This document shows positions 9,963 through 20,152 of a stretch of DNA of 64,000 nt, in pieces. Positions within the stretch are counted from its first letter, which is position 1, and every line of letters begins with the position of its first letter. This stretch comes from Candidatus Kapaibacterium sp. (GTDB lineage: Bacteria; Bacteroidota; Ignavibacteria; Kapaibacteriales; UBA2268): the NCBI GenBank assembly GCA_963665665.1, contig OY762428.1, positions 4,448,001-4,512,000 on the forward strand. Reading direction: 5' to 3'. The notes under the pieces are model-generated. The model was given only the letters and a program-made list of their open reading frames with translations, was not told the DNA's origin and searched no databases. Both the position numbers and the translations under genes were made by a program.

Positions 9963-10658
9963 TCAATACTTTATAGGATTGTATGTAAAAAGATCATACC
10001 TTGTTAAAAATTGCATTATTTTTACAAGTTTCTTTGATTGTTCAGGATAGCATTTGCCACCATTTCCTTCATTAAAAGGATATAACCAAAACTCTGCAAA
10101 ATTTGATTCCTTATATCCATCATTAAGAAAAGCGTATAATGACATATTATAAAAGACAGAGCGTCTCATATTTCTGCATGTATCACGAACACCATATAAA
10201 TTGTCAAAATTACTAAATGAAATAATGTCATTTGATAATTCAATATCAGAAATCACTAAAACAGGATTAACTGATTTAGTGAATATTAATCGAGTTTTAT
10301 TATCAGTTTGTTTTACAAAAAAACAAAAATCACAAATTACACCCGGAAGACGCTTAAGTATAGTGGAGCTATCCTGAGGAAGAAATGACATTTCATTAAC
10401 TTCTCCGAAAAGCAATACGAAATCATCATTCCAGTAAAATTCTTTAACATACTTATATAGTTCTTTGAATGGTCTGTAAAACCTTAATGCCAGACTATAT
10501 GAATTGAAATTCATATCATCGATTTCGTTCCACTCATCTGTTACGGTGATATACTTACTTAATATGGGGTGAAAATCTTTCGGAACAATATAATTCTTAT
10601 TGCAGTTTAAATTACAATAAGATAATATTATTAAACTGATTATCGCAAATATTTTCAT
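9963..10658 (-). CDS. Hypothetical exported protein / possible lipoprotein
   Basis: ORF 9963..10745; MKIFAIISLIILSYC signal-like start at 10658 after a GGAAGG RBS. Confidence 0.65.
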   Translation of the reverse strand: MKIFAIISLIILSYCNLNCNKNYIVPKDFHPILSKYITVTDEWNEIDDMNFNSYSLALRFYRPFKELYKYVKEFYWNDDFVLLFGEVNEMSFLPQDSSTILKRLPGVICDFCFFVKQTDNKTRLIFTKSVNPVLVISDIELSNDIISFSNFDNLYGVRDTCRNMRRSVFYNMSLYAFLNDGYKESNFAEFWLYPFNEGNGGKCYPEQSKKLVKIMQFLTRYDLFTYNPIKY

Positions 10659-10771
10659 TAAAAATCCTTCCAGGTCATTAGTAAATTGTATGCATACTTG
10701 AGTGTATAACTGCTTCTCATTACTGCAATTCGTTACTGTCATCATCGCTCATATTGTTTACCAGCCGGTCA

Positions 10772-11164
10772 TCAATTAATATTTTCATCTGCTGATACCC
10801 AGGAAGCAAATTCCAATGCTATATCAATATGTGCATAAGTTCCGCCGTAACGGCCAGCTTTGGATTGTAGCCCAATTGCATTTGTGGCATCAATCCATTT
10901 TTGAGCTGATAGAACAAAATGACTATATCCTGCCTCGCTTCTAAACAGGTCGAATTCGACCTGTTTAAAATCAGGATTATGCAATTTCTCCCACAAGCCA
11001 ATGAATTCAACAGTATCCTTTGTACTCATCCAGTGAGATATGACTAAACCCGTGGTTTCAGGATTTTTATGTTTTGCAATATCCGTTAAAGAAATATAAT
11101 CTGATTTCTGAAGTGTTGAAACTGTAATTTCCAGCTCCTTTACTTCAATCTTCTTGTTTTTCAT
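10772..11164 (-). pseudogene. KilA-N domain DNA-binding protein, apparently 3'-truncated
   Basis: DYISLTDIAK, GLWEKLHNPDFK and KAGRYGGTYAHIDIALEFASWVS; ends just after the domain, whereas this family normally continues. Confidence 0.7.
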
Positions 11165-11284
11165 TGCTTCATACCTTATTTTTAAGCCTTATTGCAATTT
11201 AACAATTTTGCTCCTCTTTCCCAAGTTGCCATTAGTAAGATACAATAATTTATTAATGCAAAATGTAAAAAATTTAACTTGTAA

Positions 11285-11308
11285 AAAGTTAACGAATTAG
11301 TTAACTTT
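11285..11308. promoter_or_regulatory. Inverted-repeat operator upstream of the toxin-antitoxin remnant
   Basis: AAAGTTAAC-gaatta-GTTAACTTT, perfect 9-bp arms. Confidence 0.55.
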
Positions 11309-11325
11309 CAAGGGTAGATTTAACA

Positions 11326-11376
11326 ATTGCTGAGAAACTGAAAAAGGAATACATAATTGAAAGCGAGGAATTATAA
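11326..11376 (+). pseudogene. Probable C-terminal remnant of a RelE/Gp49-like (HigB) toxin
   Basis: IAEKLKKEYIIESEEL* without a start codon, 8 bp before the antitoxin. Confidence 0.4.
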
Positions 11377-11384
11377 TTAGTAAA

Positions 11385-11666
11385 ATGTTAGATTTTGAAG
11401 ACCTGCTTATAGAAAAATACGGAAAAAAAGGAACAAGTATGCGCGATAAATTTGATGCTGATTCGTTGGCTTTCAGATTGGGAGTTATGCTGAAAGAAGC
11501 AAGAAAAAATGCAAAGATGTCTCAGGCGGAACTTGCAGATAAAACAGGTACAAGCAAAAGCTATATATCAAGAATCGAAAGGGGTAAAAGCGATATTCAA
11601 ATTTCTACATATTATAAATTAATTGAAATTGGATTAGGAAAAAAACTTAGTATTACGATAATTTGA
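11385..11666 (+). CDS. XRE/Cro-family HTH protein (HigA-like antitoxin)
   Basis: KYGKKGT..R..F N-terminus and LKEARKNAKMSQAELADKTGTSKSYISRIERG HTH. Confidence 0.85.
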   Translation: MLDFEDLLIEKYGKKGTSMRDKFDADSLAFRLGVMLKEARKNAKMSQAELADKTGTSKSYISRIERGKSDIQISTYYKLIEIGLGKKLSITII

Positions 11667-11998
11667 TCCTTTTCACATCTATCAATCCTCTTCCCAAGTT
11701 GCACCTGGAAGGTCATATCCCACAAAGTAAAATTTGGAAAATCTCGAAGCAAAGGGTGGGATGCATTTTATTAATAATCCGACACTGCTATGCAGATATT
11801 ATGTGGATCCCGCTGTTATCATTTTGGGCTGTGATTTCCATAATCTGACAGGTTTTTGAAGTTCAAGGATTGCCTGATATTGAATCCGTGTAAATGAAAA
11901 TTATAAACTCTTGCTTCAAATAATTGATTATTTTAAATATTTTCTGTAAAATTCATTAACTTTGAAAAAAAACAGCAGTATTAACGGAGAAAGAAAGA

Positions 11999-12592
11999 AT
12001 GCAATATACGTCGGATTCGATAGAAAAGGTTGTTGAAATGTTCGCATCACTGCCAACGATTGGAAGGAAAACAGCACAAAGATTATCTTTTTTCCTGCTA
12101 AGGCAGCCGGAGGAATTTGTAAGGAAATTTGCTGAAAATATGATTGAAATGAAGGAAAAGGTCAATTTCTGCAATGTTTGTTACAATTATACTGAAAGTG
12201 ATCCCTGCCCAATATGTTCTTCTGAAAAGCGTGACAGATCTTTGATCTGTGTGGTTGAAGAGCCTAATGATGTCTTTGCCATAGAAAAAACAAACGAGTT
12301 TTTTGGCTTATACCATGTTCTTCACGGAGTTTTGAATCCGCTTGAGGGAATTACACCCGAAGAATTAAAAATTACCGAATTACTGCAAAGATCCGAAGGA
12401 GTGAAGGAAATTGTACTTGCACTGAATCCGAGTGTTGAAGGAGAAGTAACTTCTCAATATTTATCAAAATTATTCAAACCACTAAATATCAAGGTTACAA
12501 GGATTGCCCGGGGAGTTCCTGTTGGTTCTTCGCTGGAGTTTACAGACGAAGCAACTTTATCAAGGGCATTGCTTGGCAGAATTGAAATATGA
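11999..12592 (+). CDS. recR: Recombination mediator RecR
   Basis: LPTIGRKTAQRL HhH, CNVC..CPIC zinc finger, YHVLHG and Toprim ALNPSVEGE..TRIARGVPVG. Confidence 0.97.
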   Translation: MQYTSDSIEKVVEMFASLPTIGRKTAQRLSFFLLRQPEEFVRKFAENMIEMKEKVNFCNVCYNYTESDPCPICSSEKRDRSLICVVEEPNDVFAIEKTNEFFGLYHVLHGVLNPLEGITPEELKITELLQRSEGVKEIVLALNPSVEGEVTSQYLSKLFKPLNIKVTRIARGVPVGSSLEFTDEATLSRALLGRIEI

Positions 12593-13194
12593 AAATGAAA
12601 AAATTGTTTTATATATTATTTCTTCTACTTTTGTTTCAGTCCTGCAACTGGTTCTCTACCAGAACGCCTGAAGAGCCGGATACGGGCAGGTCTTCCTATC
12701 AGCCTCCAACTTCTGCTGATATTGTGATCTCCAACATATTGAATGCAGTTAAGGAAAAGAATACAGACAACTATATTGCCTGCCTTTCGGATTCATCCGC
12801 CGGTAGTATATCTCTTTTTGAATTCCGGCCTGCTGCCGAGGCTTATGCCATTTATACAGGAATATTTGATTTTTGGGGTATCAATAGCGAAAGGCAATAT
12901 TTCGTATCGGCAGTAAGTGCAATAGAGACTGAAATATATCCGATATTTGTTCTAAATAATTCAAAATTTGAAATTTTACTGCCTGATTCAGCTGTCTATG
13001 TTTCTGATTATTATCTTGATATCGAGCATAATGCCGAAGCAATACCGACTGTATTTTCAGGTACAATGCGGCTTACTATTAAGCCTGCTACTTCCGGCCT
13101 TTGGGCTGTTTGCAGATGGATTGATACCAAAAAAAACAACGATACGATTGATAACACATGGAGTGAAATGAAAGCAATGTTCTTTAACAAGTAA
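12589..13194 (+). CDS. Hypothetical lipoprotein
   Basis: Signal peptide ending FQSC; overlaps recR stop. Confidence 0.8.
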   Translation: MKMKKLFYILFLLLLFQSCNWFSTRTPEEPDTGRSSYQPPTSADIVISNILNAVKEKNTDNYIACLSDSSAGSISLFEFRPAAEAYAIYTGIFDFWGINSERQYFVSAVSAIETEIYPIFVLNNSKFEILLPDSAVYVSDYYLDIEHNAEAIPTVFSGTMRLTIKPATSGLWAVCRWIDTKKNNDTIDNTWSEMKAMFFNK

Positions 13195-13262
13195 GAACTG
13201 CTTGGTTTAATGAATAAAATAAGTATATTGTCTGAATTAATTGAAAACCAAAAAAGGGAAAA

Positions 13263-13688
13263 ATGATGTATATGCGATTAATAATTTTAGCTTTTATCCT
13301 GTCGGGAATATTTGCCTCGTGCAAAACTATTGAACCATCGGAAGTGAAAGGCCGCGAGGGTATTCTGGAATTTTTAGATAGTAAATTCGGTGAAAATAAT
13401 TATAGAAGAATACCGAACCGCAGCGGTACAAAAATTTTATTTATCAAAACAATCCAAAGAGATAAATTAAATTTGAACGGCCCGCTGGAATTTGTTGTTT
13501 CCAATTTTAAGAATCAGACAATTATATGCCATGAAAAGTTAGAAAATGGCGTTGTAACATGGAAAGATAATGATATTCTTATGATAACTTCCGCTGAAGG
13601 TAATCCTTCTTCAGGCAGTAATTCACCCCTTGTTTTTAAATATTACGACACAGAACTAAGAAAATATATTGATTTACCCGGAGAATAA
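13263..13688 (+). CDS. Hypothetical lipoprotein
   Basis: Signal peptide ending FASC. Confidence 0.75.
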   Translation: MMYMRLIILAFILSGIFASCKTIEPSEVKGREGILEFLDSKFGENNYRRIPNRSGTKILFIKTIQRDKLNLNGPLEFVVSNFKNQTIICHEKLENGVVTWKDNDILMITSAEGNPSSGSNSPLVFKYYDTELRKYIDLPGE

Positions 13689-13690
13689 AC

Positions 13691-16600
13691 ATGAAAAAGC
13701 TACTGATCGTATCTTATATAATTTTTGTTTCTATTGTATTATATTCTGTTTCTGAATTTATTAGCAGAAGTGCTAATATCAACAAACAGAGTTATTCAAA
13801 TACTAAAGATCATCAGGCAAAAGATAAAAATGAATCAGATAAATATGACGAACCTGCTATGTTCGTGAAATATTTCAATGAAATAAGGAAAAAGAACGGC
13901 CAGGACAGGCATGAATACCAGCCGGGCTACCAGATAGTTGAATTTCAGAAAGCGCTGAATTCAAAATTTGCTATAAAGGGCGACCGAACTCTTAATAAAC
14001 TGAACTGGATTGAACGTGGTCCTGCGAATGTAGGAGGAAGAACACGTGCTTTATGGGTTGACCCTGCTGATAACACTTTTTCCACATGGCTGGCCGGTTC
14101 CGTTGGCGGCGGAGTCTGGAAAACAACGGACAGAGGTAAAACCTGGGAAAATATGACACCTGATTTGCCGAATCTTGCTACAACCTGCCTTGCTTCATCA
14201 AAATCAAATCCGGATATTATCTATTGCGGAACAGGCGAAGGTTACCAGAACTCGGATGCAATAAACGGGTTGGGTATTTTTAAATCAACAGACAGGGGAA
14301 ACAGCTGGCATCATATAGAAAGCAGCAGAGGTTTCCAAAGTATAAACAGAATAGTTGTTGATCATCAAAATCCGGATATTGTTCTTTGCTGCTTTAATAA
14401 TCTTTTCACATCCAAGGGTAGCTCTGCCCGTATGTGGAATAGCAATGAATCGAAGATAATGAAATCAACCGATGGCGGAATTAGTTGGGAAGAAAAGCAT
14501 AGTTCCGGATCGAGGAGAATACAGCAGATAATAGCTCACCCTGAGAATTTTAACATTTTATATGCATCGGTTAACGGGCTTGGAATTCTGAAATCAACAG
14601 ATGCCGGGGAAACCTGGGAGGAATCATTCAATGTAAACGGCGAATCCAACAGGATGGAAATGGCTGTTTCACCGGTTAACCCGGATAAAATTTTTGTTAG
14701 TGCCGAAAGCGGTAATTACTCCAGGCTTTACATGACTACCGATGCCGGGGAAAAATGGCTGCAAACAATAACTACCAGTGGAAGAAATTACCACTGGCTT
14801 GGCAGCCAGGGGTGGTACGATAATACAATTGCTGCTCATCCCTACGACGAAAATATTGTTTATTCAGGTGGAATTAATCTTTTTAAACATCTGATAAAAT
14901 CAGGTACTGACTCCGTGCTGCAAATATTGGATATTGGACTTGAAGGCGAATCAAACTGGCTGACATATTTTTACGACGGCCTTCCCTTCCTTAACGGCAG
15001 CTTTGGTACTGGGCCTGACTTCTGGAGCGATGATAAAGTTGTTGACCCGAACAACGTAAGTTCGATAGAGATAAGGTTCGGTAAAGATAAGACTCAAAAG
15101 GCTTACAGGTTTACTAAAGCTGATGGAAGCGGTAAGCTGGATGGTTATATATATGAGGATTTTGTAGATGTTCCTTTCGAGGTTTGGGATACCGACCATA
15201 AAAGGAAACTGGCGGTTTCTTTTGTTGACTCTGATAAAAACGGAGAGTACAATGCAAGAAACAACGGAAGGGAATATATATTCGTATCAACATACAATTA
15301 CAGTACCAATATCAGGCCTGAACTTGCACAGGATATGGGAACAAAAAATTCTAACGCTTATGTGTTCTCCCCGCGTTTAATAAAAAATGCAGACTGGACA
15401 CCTTCAGAATTTGAAGATTTGACATTATCTGCAAAATGGGGTTATTTCTATTCATACAGAAAAGAAATGGCAGTTGTAACAGATGGTTATAGTCAATATG
15501 GCGGACCGAATAATAACTCTGTAATCCATGTTGACCACCATAATCTGCTGCCTGTACCAACGAATATTGCTAATAAGGAATTTTTACTGCTGAATTCTAA
15601 TGACGGTGGTGTAGCTTATTCTACAGATGAAGGAAATACCTGGACTGAAACGGATGAAGGGTTTTACAACACTTCTCAGTTTTATGGTTGCGACAGGCAT
15701 CCGGATGCAAACGAATATATCGCCGGCGCCCAGGATAACGGTACATGGGTTACACCCGATGGTATGGAGGCAGATAAATCAACATTTTATGATTATGCAA
15801 TAGGCGGCGACGGATTTGAAGCATCATGGCACTATACTGATCCCAACAAGATAATCGGATCAAGCCAGTTCAATGCATTCAGGAAAACAACAGACAGAGG
15901 TAAAACATGGAATTATGCCATTGACGGCCTTAGCGATGTAAGCTATAACGGCGGGGTATTTATTTCAAGGATTGCAAAATCACAAGCAGACCCGGACCTT
16001 GTTTTTGCAGTTGGAAGAAGCGGCGTATGGAGATCGGAAAACTTTGCTAATTACTGGACTGCAAGCAATATTCCGGATACTGCATGGAATGATGGTTACT
16101 ATCATTCGGCACAATGTGAAATTTCAATAGCTGACCCGCAGGTAGTATGGGCCGGGATAACCATGTCGGGAAAACACAGGATATTGGTATCAACTAATGG
16201 CGGCCTGGATTTCAACATTACAGAAAATTATGACATTGCAACAATGGGAAGGCTTACAGGCCTGGATAGCGATCCTTCAGACCCCAATACTGCTTATGCT
16301 GTTTTTTCCATTTCCAAAGGTCCGAAAATTTTAAAAACAACAGACCTCGGGCAGTCATGGACGGATATTACCGGTTTTGAGGATGGTGATGAAAGTTTAA
16401 ATGGATTTCCGGATGTAGCTGTGTTCAGTGTTCTTGTGATGCCATACAATAAAGATGTAATCTGGGCGGGAACTGAAATTGGCCTGTTTGAAACAACTAA
16501 TGGCGGACAGGACTGGCACTATGCCGATAACGGTTTGCCTGCAGTATCTGTCTGGCAGATGAGAATAGTAAAAAATCAGATTATACTTGCTACTCACGGC

Positions 16601-17758
16601 CGTGGCGTCTGGTCGGTTGATTTACCCGAACTGAATGGTTACGGGCCGCCTGATGTAACCCTGGCTCCGATTATTGAGAAAACAGGGCAGAAGCCTTCCG
16701 GAAAGATAATTATTCGCTCAAAGCTTAGGTCAGTTTATGATTCTACCGTAGTTGTATTTAATGATTTGCAATTATTTTCAATAGGAGAAAATATTGTTGG
16801 TTCGAAAGATATTGTTTTCGACGATCCATCAGTTTACCCGGATACAACCATTTTCCCTGTAATCCACAAACTAAGGCTCAAATCATATAAAGACGGAAAG
16901 GAATATTTATCCGGGGAATCATTAGTTGATGTTAATATGTTGAAAGATCCTGTAATTACGTATCTTGATTATTTTGACGGTGAACACAACTTCTCCGGTA
17001 ATGGCTTTGAAATAAAATCGATTGAGAAGATTGAAAACCCTGCTGTACATTCGGAGCACCCTTATCCGAATAATGCATATCAGAAATACCTGCTTCTTAC
17101 TCCGATAATTGTTGCTGATACTAATCAGACTGTTGATTATAATGATATAGCACTCGTTGAACCCGGTGACAGCCTGGCGCTGTTCGGGACAGCAGGATTT
17201 TATGATTATGTTGTGCTTGAAGCAACCGTGGATGGTATTGAATGGCTTACTTTAACCGATGGTTACGACTCCCGTTTTGATGCATCATGGCAGGAAGCAT
17301 ATAACGATGACGACCTTATCGGTTCTGACTTATATCGAAGCCACAGGGCTATGTTAACCGACAATTTCAATAAACGCGATACGATTCTGATAAGAATGAA
17401 ACTATTTGCAGATGCATACTCCAATAACTGGGGATGGGCCCTGGATGATCTGGAAATTCAAAAGGAAGGGTATGTTGGTGTAGAAGATGATGTTGATTAC
17501 AGCAAAACAATCAGCGCGTATCCTAATCCCGCTTCGAATGAAATAAATATCAGATATTGGCAGCCAGGATCCGGAAGGTCCCATATTTCGATTATTGATA
17601 TAAACGGAAGAACAATAAAGCAACTGGACAATGGATTTGTTCGCGCTGGATATCAGAATGAAAAAATTGATATCACGGAACTAATAAGCGGTACTTATTA
17701 TATTGTATTGAGAAACGGAACTTTCACGAAAAAAATTAAATTCAATTGTGTCAGGTAA
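13691..17758 (+). CDS. T9SS-secreted BNR/Asp-box (VPS10/sortilin-like) beta-propeller protein
   Basis: GPANVGGRTRA, many KSTDGGxSW Asp-box repeats, ATHGRGVW, and a C-terminal YPNPASN..ISIIDINGR..SGTYYI sorting domain. Confidence 0.88.
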   Translation: MKKLLIVSYIIFVSIVLYSVSEFISRSANINKQSYSNTKDHQAKDKNESDKYDEPAMFVKYFNEIRKKNGQDRHEYQPGYQIVEFQKALNSKFAIKGDRTLNKLNWIERGPANVGGRTRALWVDPADNTFSTWLAGSVGGGVWKTTDRGKTWENMTPDLPNLATTCLASSKSNPDIIYCGTGEGYQNSDAINGLGIFKSTDRGNSWHHIESSRGFQSINRIVVDHQNPDIVLCCFNNLFTSKGSSARMWNSNESKIMKSTDGGISWEEKHSSGSRRIQQIIAHPENFNILYASVNGLGILKSTDAGETWEESFNVNGESNRMEMAVSPVNPDKIFVSAESGNYSRLYMTTDAGEKWLQTITTSGRNYHWLGSQGWYDNTIAAHPYDENIVYSGGINLFKHLIKSGTDSVLQILDIGLEGESNWLTYFYDGLPFLNGSFGTGPDFWSDDKVVDPNNVSSIEIRFGKDKTQKAYRFTKADGSGKLDGYIYEDFVDVPFEVWDTDHKRKLAVSFVDSDKNGEYNARNNGREYIFVSTYNYSTNIRPELAQDMGTKNSNAYVFSPRLIKNADWTPSEFEDLTLSAKWGYFYSYRKEMAVVTDGYSQYGGPNNNSVIHVDHHNLLPVPTNIANKEFLLLNSNDGGVAYSTDEGNTWTETDEGFYNTSQFYGCDRHPDANEYIAGAQDNGTWVTPDGMEADKSTFYDYAIGGDGFEASWHYTDPNKIIGSSQFNAFRKTTDRGKTWNYAIDGLSDVSYNGGVFISRIAKSQADPDLVFAVGRSGVWRSENFANYWTASNIPDTAWNDGYYHSAQCEISIADPQVVWAGITMSGKHRILVSTNGGLDFNITENYDIATMGRLTGLDSDPSDPNTAYAVFSISKGPKILKTTDLGQSWTDITGFEDGDESLNGFPDVAVFSVLVMPYNKDVIWAGTEIGLFETTNGGQDWHYADNGLPAVSVWQMRIVKNQIILATHGRGVWSVDLPELNGYGPPDVTLAPIIEKTGQKPSGKIIIRSKLRSVYDSTVVVFNDLQLFSIGENIVGSKDIVFDDPSVYPDTTIFPVIHKLRLKSYKDGKEYLSGESLVDVNMLKDPVITYLDYFDGEHNFSGNGFEIKSIEKIENPAVHSEHPYPNNAYQKYLLLTPIIVADTNQTVDYNDIALVEPGDSLALFGTAGFYDYVVLEATVDGIEWLTLTDGYDSRFDASWQEAYNDDDLIGSDLYRSHRAMLTDNFNKRDTILIRMKLFADAYSNNWGWALDDLEIQKEGYVGVEDDVDYSKTISAYPNPASNEINIRYWQPGSGRSHISIIDINGRTIKQLDNGFVRAGYQNEKIDITELISGTYYIVLRNGTFTKKIKFNCVR

Positions 17759-17769
17759 ATTCTGTTAGT

Positions 17770-19452
17770 ATGGATTTGACAAATCTGAATATTTTAGAAA
17801 ACCCTTCGATCTTAGTGGATATATCCGGGAAAATTCTGGATATATCCACCTCTTTTTCAAAATTTCTGTCCATCAGTAATAATTCACTGACAATTTTTGA
17901 TTTATTTGATTTTAATGATGATCATTCATTCAATAACCTGGTTGAAGGCAGGAAATACAGGTGCAAAAATTCGGATATTGAGGTTAAGTTATCTCACAAA
18001 AAGCAAATAACAAATAAGATTTTTAAGATAGTTTTTCTGAATCCAATATCTGATAACCTAAATTTTTCATACGTTTCGGAATCACTTATAAATTCGGATA
18101 TTGCAATGTGTATCACGGACGAATATCTTTCTGTAATTTCGTGCAATGAAAGGTTCAGGAATTATATTCAACTTGAACAGGGTGATAAGATTGATTGTTG
18201 TGACCTATCCGAAAAAAATATTAAAAGCGCTATGGAAGCAGATAATATTGTTAAAAGTGAAGGCCATATTAGATTGCCTGACGGTAAGGATATCTTTTTT
18301 ATCTTTTCTGTAACTCTTTTGGGAAATTATTCTGAAAAAGTCAGTTATTTCTTTTATTTTATTGATATTTCGCACAGAAAAAAGATAGAACGGGAGCTTA
18401 GAGAAAGCGAACAAATGATGAAAGCTATCCTGACTGTTTCTCCTCTTGGTATAGCTTATATTAAAAACAGAAAGATAATTTGGGCAAATGAAGCACTTTA
18501 TTCAATGCTTGAATATGAAGAAGACAAAAGGGGAATAATAAAAAAAATGCTGCACTATCCCGGCGAAAACTTTTCGAAGTCAGCAGCAAGGGAATTACTT
18601 CCACTGATAAATGAAATAACTTACGGGCAATTTGAAACGAAATTACTAAAAAAAGATAATTCTATTCTTGAATGTATGGTTTACACCTATATCGTTGATA
18701 TGAATGATCCTGACAAGGGAAGAATTCTGACGATTATGGATGTTAACGATTTGAAAAAAGCTGAACATCATATACAAAAAGTAAATACTAAACTAAGAGA
18801 ACTTACAAGCTATATTGAAAATGCCATAGAACTGGAAAGAAAAGAAATAGCAAGGGAAATACACGATGAACTGGGCCATGTTTTTACTGTTTTAAAAATT
18901 GAGTTATCCTTGCTTAAAGATCAATTATTCGAAAATGCCGAAAGCCTGGAGCCACTTAACGGTATGCTGAAACTTATTGATGAAACAATTCCTAAAGTTA
19001 GGGCTATTTCCACAAGGCTCAGGCCATCGATAATAGACCATTTCGGCCTTGAAGCCGCAATAGAATGGCAAACAGATGAGTTCATAAAACGAACAGCTTT
19101 GAAATGCAAAAAGAATATCAGCAAAACGGGTATTAAATTTGATAGTGAGAAGTCAATATCTGTATTCAGGATATTTCAGGAAACTCTGACTAATATAGCA
19201 AGGCATTCTGGAGCAGATATGGTAAGTGTTTTCCTTGGGATTGCGAATAATAATTTTATACTATGTACTGAAGATAACGGTATCGGATTGAATGAAAAAG
19301 CTGTTGAAAAAACGATGACACTGGGAATTACCGGAATAAAAGAAAGAGCAAGGGGGATTGGAGGAAAAATTGAAATTATCGGGAAAAAGGGTATAGGAAC
19401 AAAGATATTATTAACCGTACCAAAAGAAATGCTGGAAAAAAGTAATGCTTAA
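17770..19452 (+). CDS. PAS-domain sensor histidine kinase (HisKA_3, NarX/UhpB class)
   Basis: ERKEIAREIHDELGH, FRIFQETLTNIARHS, DNGIG and LGITGIKERA. Confidence 0.9.
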   Translation: MDLTNLNILENPSILVDISGKILDISTSFSKFLSISNNSLTIFDLFDFNDDHSFNNLVEGRKYRCKNSDIEVKLSHKKQITNKIFKIVFLNPISDNLNFSYVSESLINSDIAMCITDEYLSVISCNERFRNYIQLEQGDKIDCCDLSEKNIKSAMEADNIVKSEGHIRLPDGKDIFFIFSVTLLGNYSEKVSYFFYFIDISHRKKIERELRESEQMMKAILTVSPLGIAYIKNRKIIWANEALYSMLEYEEDKRGIIKKMLHYPGENFSKSAARELLPLINEITYGQFETKLLKKDNSILECMVYTYIVDMNDPDKGRILTIMDVNDLKKAEHHIQKVNTKLRELTSYIENAIELERKEIAREIHDELGHVFTVLKIELSLLKDQLFENAESLEPLNGMLKLIDETIPKVRAISTRLRPSIIDHFGLEAAIEWQTDEFIKRTALKCKKNISKTGIKFDSEKSISVFRIFQETLTNIARHSGADMVSVFLGIANNNFILCTEDNGIGLNEKAVEKTMTLGITGIKERARGIGGKIEIIGKKGIGTKILLTVPKEMLEKSNA

Positions 19453-20074
19453 AATATTAATGGCGGATGATCATGAAATTGTCAGGGAAGGTCTTAAAAA
19501 GATTATATCCCGAACCATAGGTATGGATGTTGTTGGCGAGGCTTCGGATGCAAACCAGCTTCTTGCATTGTTAGATAGAATTGAATGTGACATGATTATC
19601 CTTGATATCTCTATGCCCGGTATCGATGGCCTTGAAGCTCTGAATATTATTAAAAAAATCCATCCGGAAATTCCTGTATTAATCCTAAGTATGCACCCGG
19701 AGGAGCAATACGCTGTTCGGACTTTGCAGGAGGGCGCATCAGGATATATTTGTAAGGACAGTGTTACAGAGCAGCTGATTCAGGCAATTGAGATTGTTTC
19801 GTCAGGAAGAAAATTTATATCGCCAAAAGTAGCAGAAAATATTGCCTCTATGTTTGGCACGGAAGGAGACGGGCTTCCACATGAAAAACTTTCTGCCCGT
19901 GAGTTTCAGGTTATGAAAATGATAGCCCGGGGAATGACAGCCACGCAAATTGCAAATGAATTGTTCCTGTCAAGAAAAACAATAAGTACTTACAGATCCA
20001 GAATTCTTGAAAAACTAAATATGAAAAGTAATGCTGAAATGACACATTATGCTATAAAAAATAGTTTGGTATGA
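19445..20074 (+). CDS. NarL/UvrY-family response regulator (REC + LuxR HTH)
   Basis: ADDHEIVREG, LDISMPG and LSAREFQV..KTISTYRSRILEKL. Confidence 0.93.
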   Translation: MLKILMADDHEIVREGLKKIISRTIGMDVVGEASDANQLLALLDRIECDMIILDISMPGIDGLEALNIIKKIHPEIPVLILSMHPEEQYAVRTLQEGASGYICKDSVTEQLIQAIEIVSSGRKFISPKVAENIASMFGTEGDGLPHEKLSAREFQVMKMIARGMTATQIANELFLSRKTISTYRSRILEKLNMKSNAEMTHYAIKNSLV

Positions 20075-20152
20075 AAAAAAAATTAGTGAACAACATGTTC
20101 GTTTATTATATTTATGGAAGATAAATTTTTATTTTTTTATTGCGGAGGTTTT

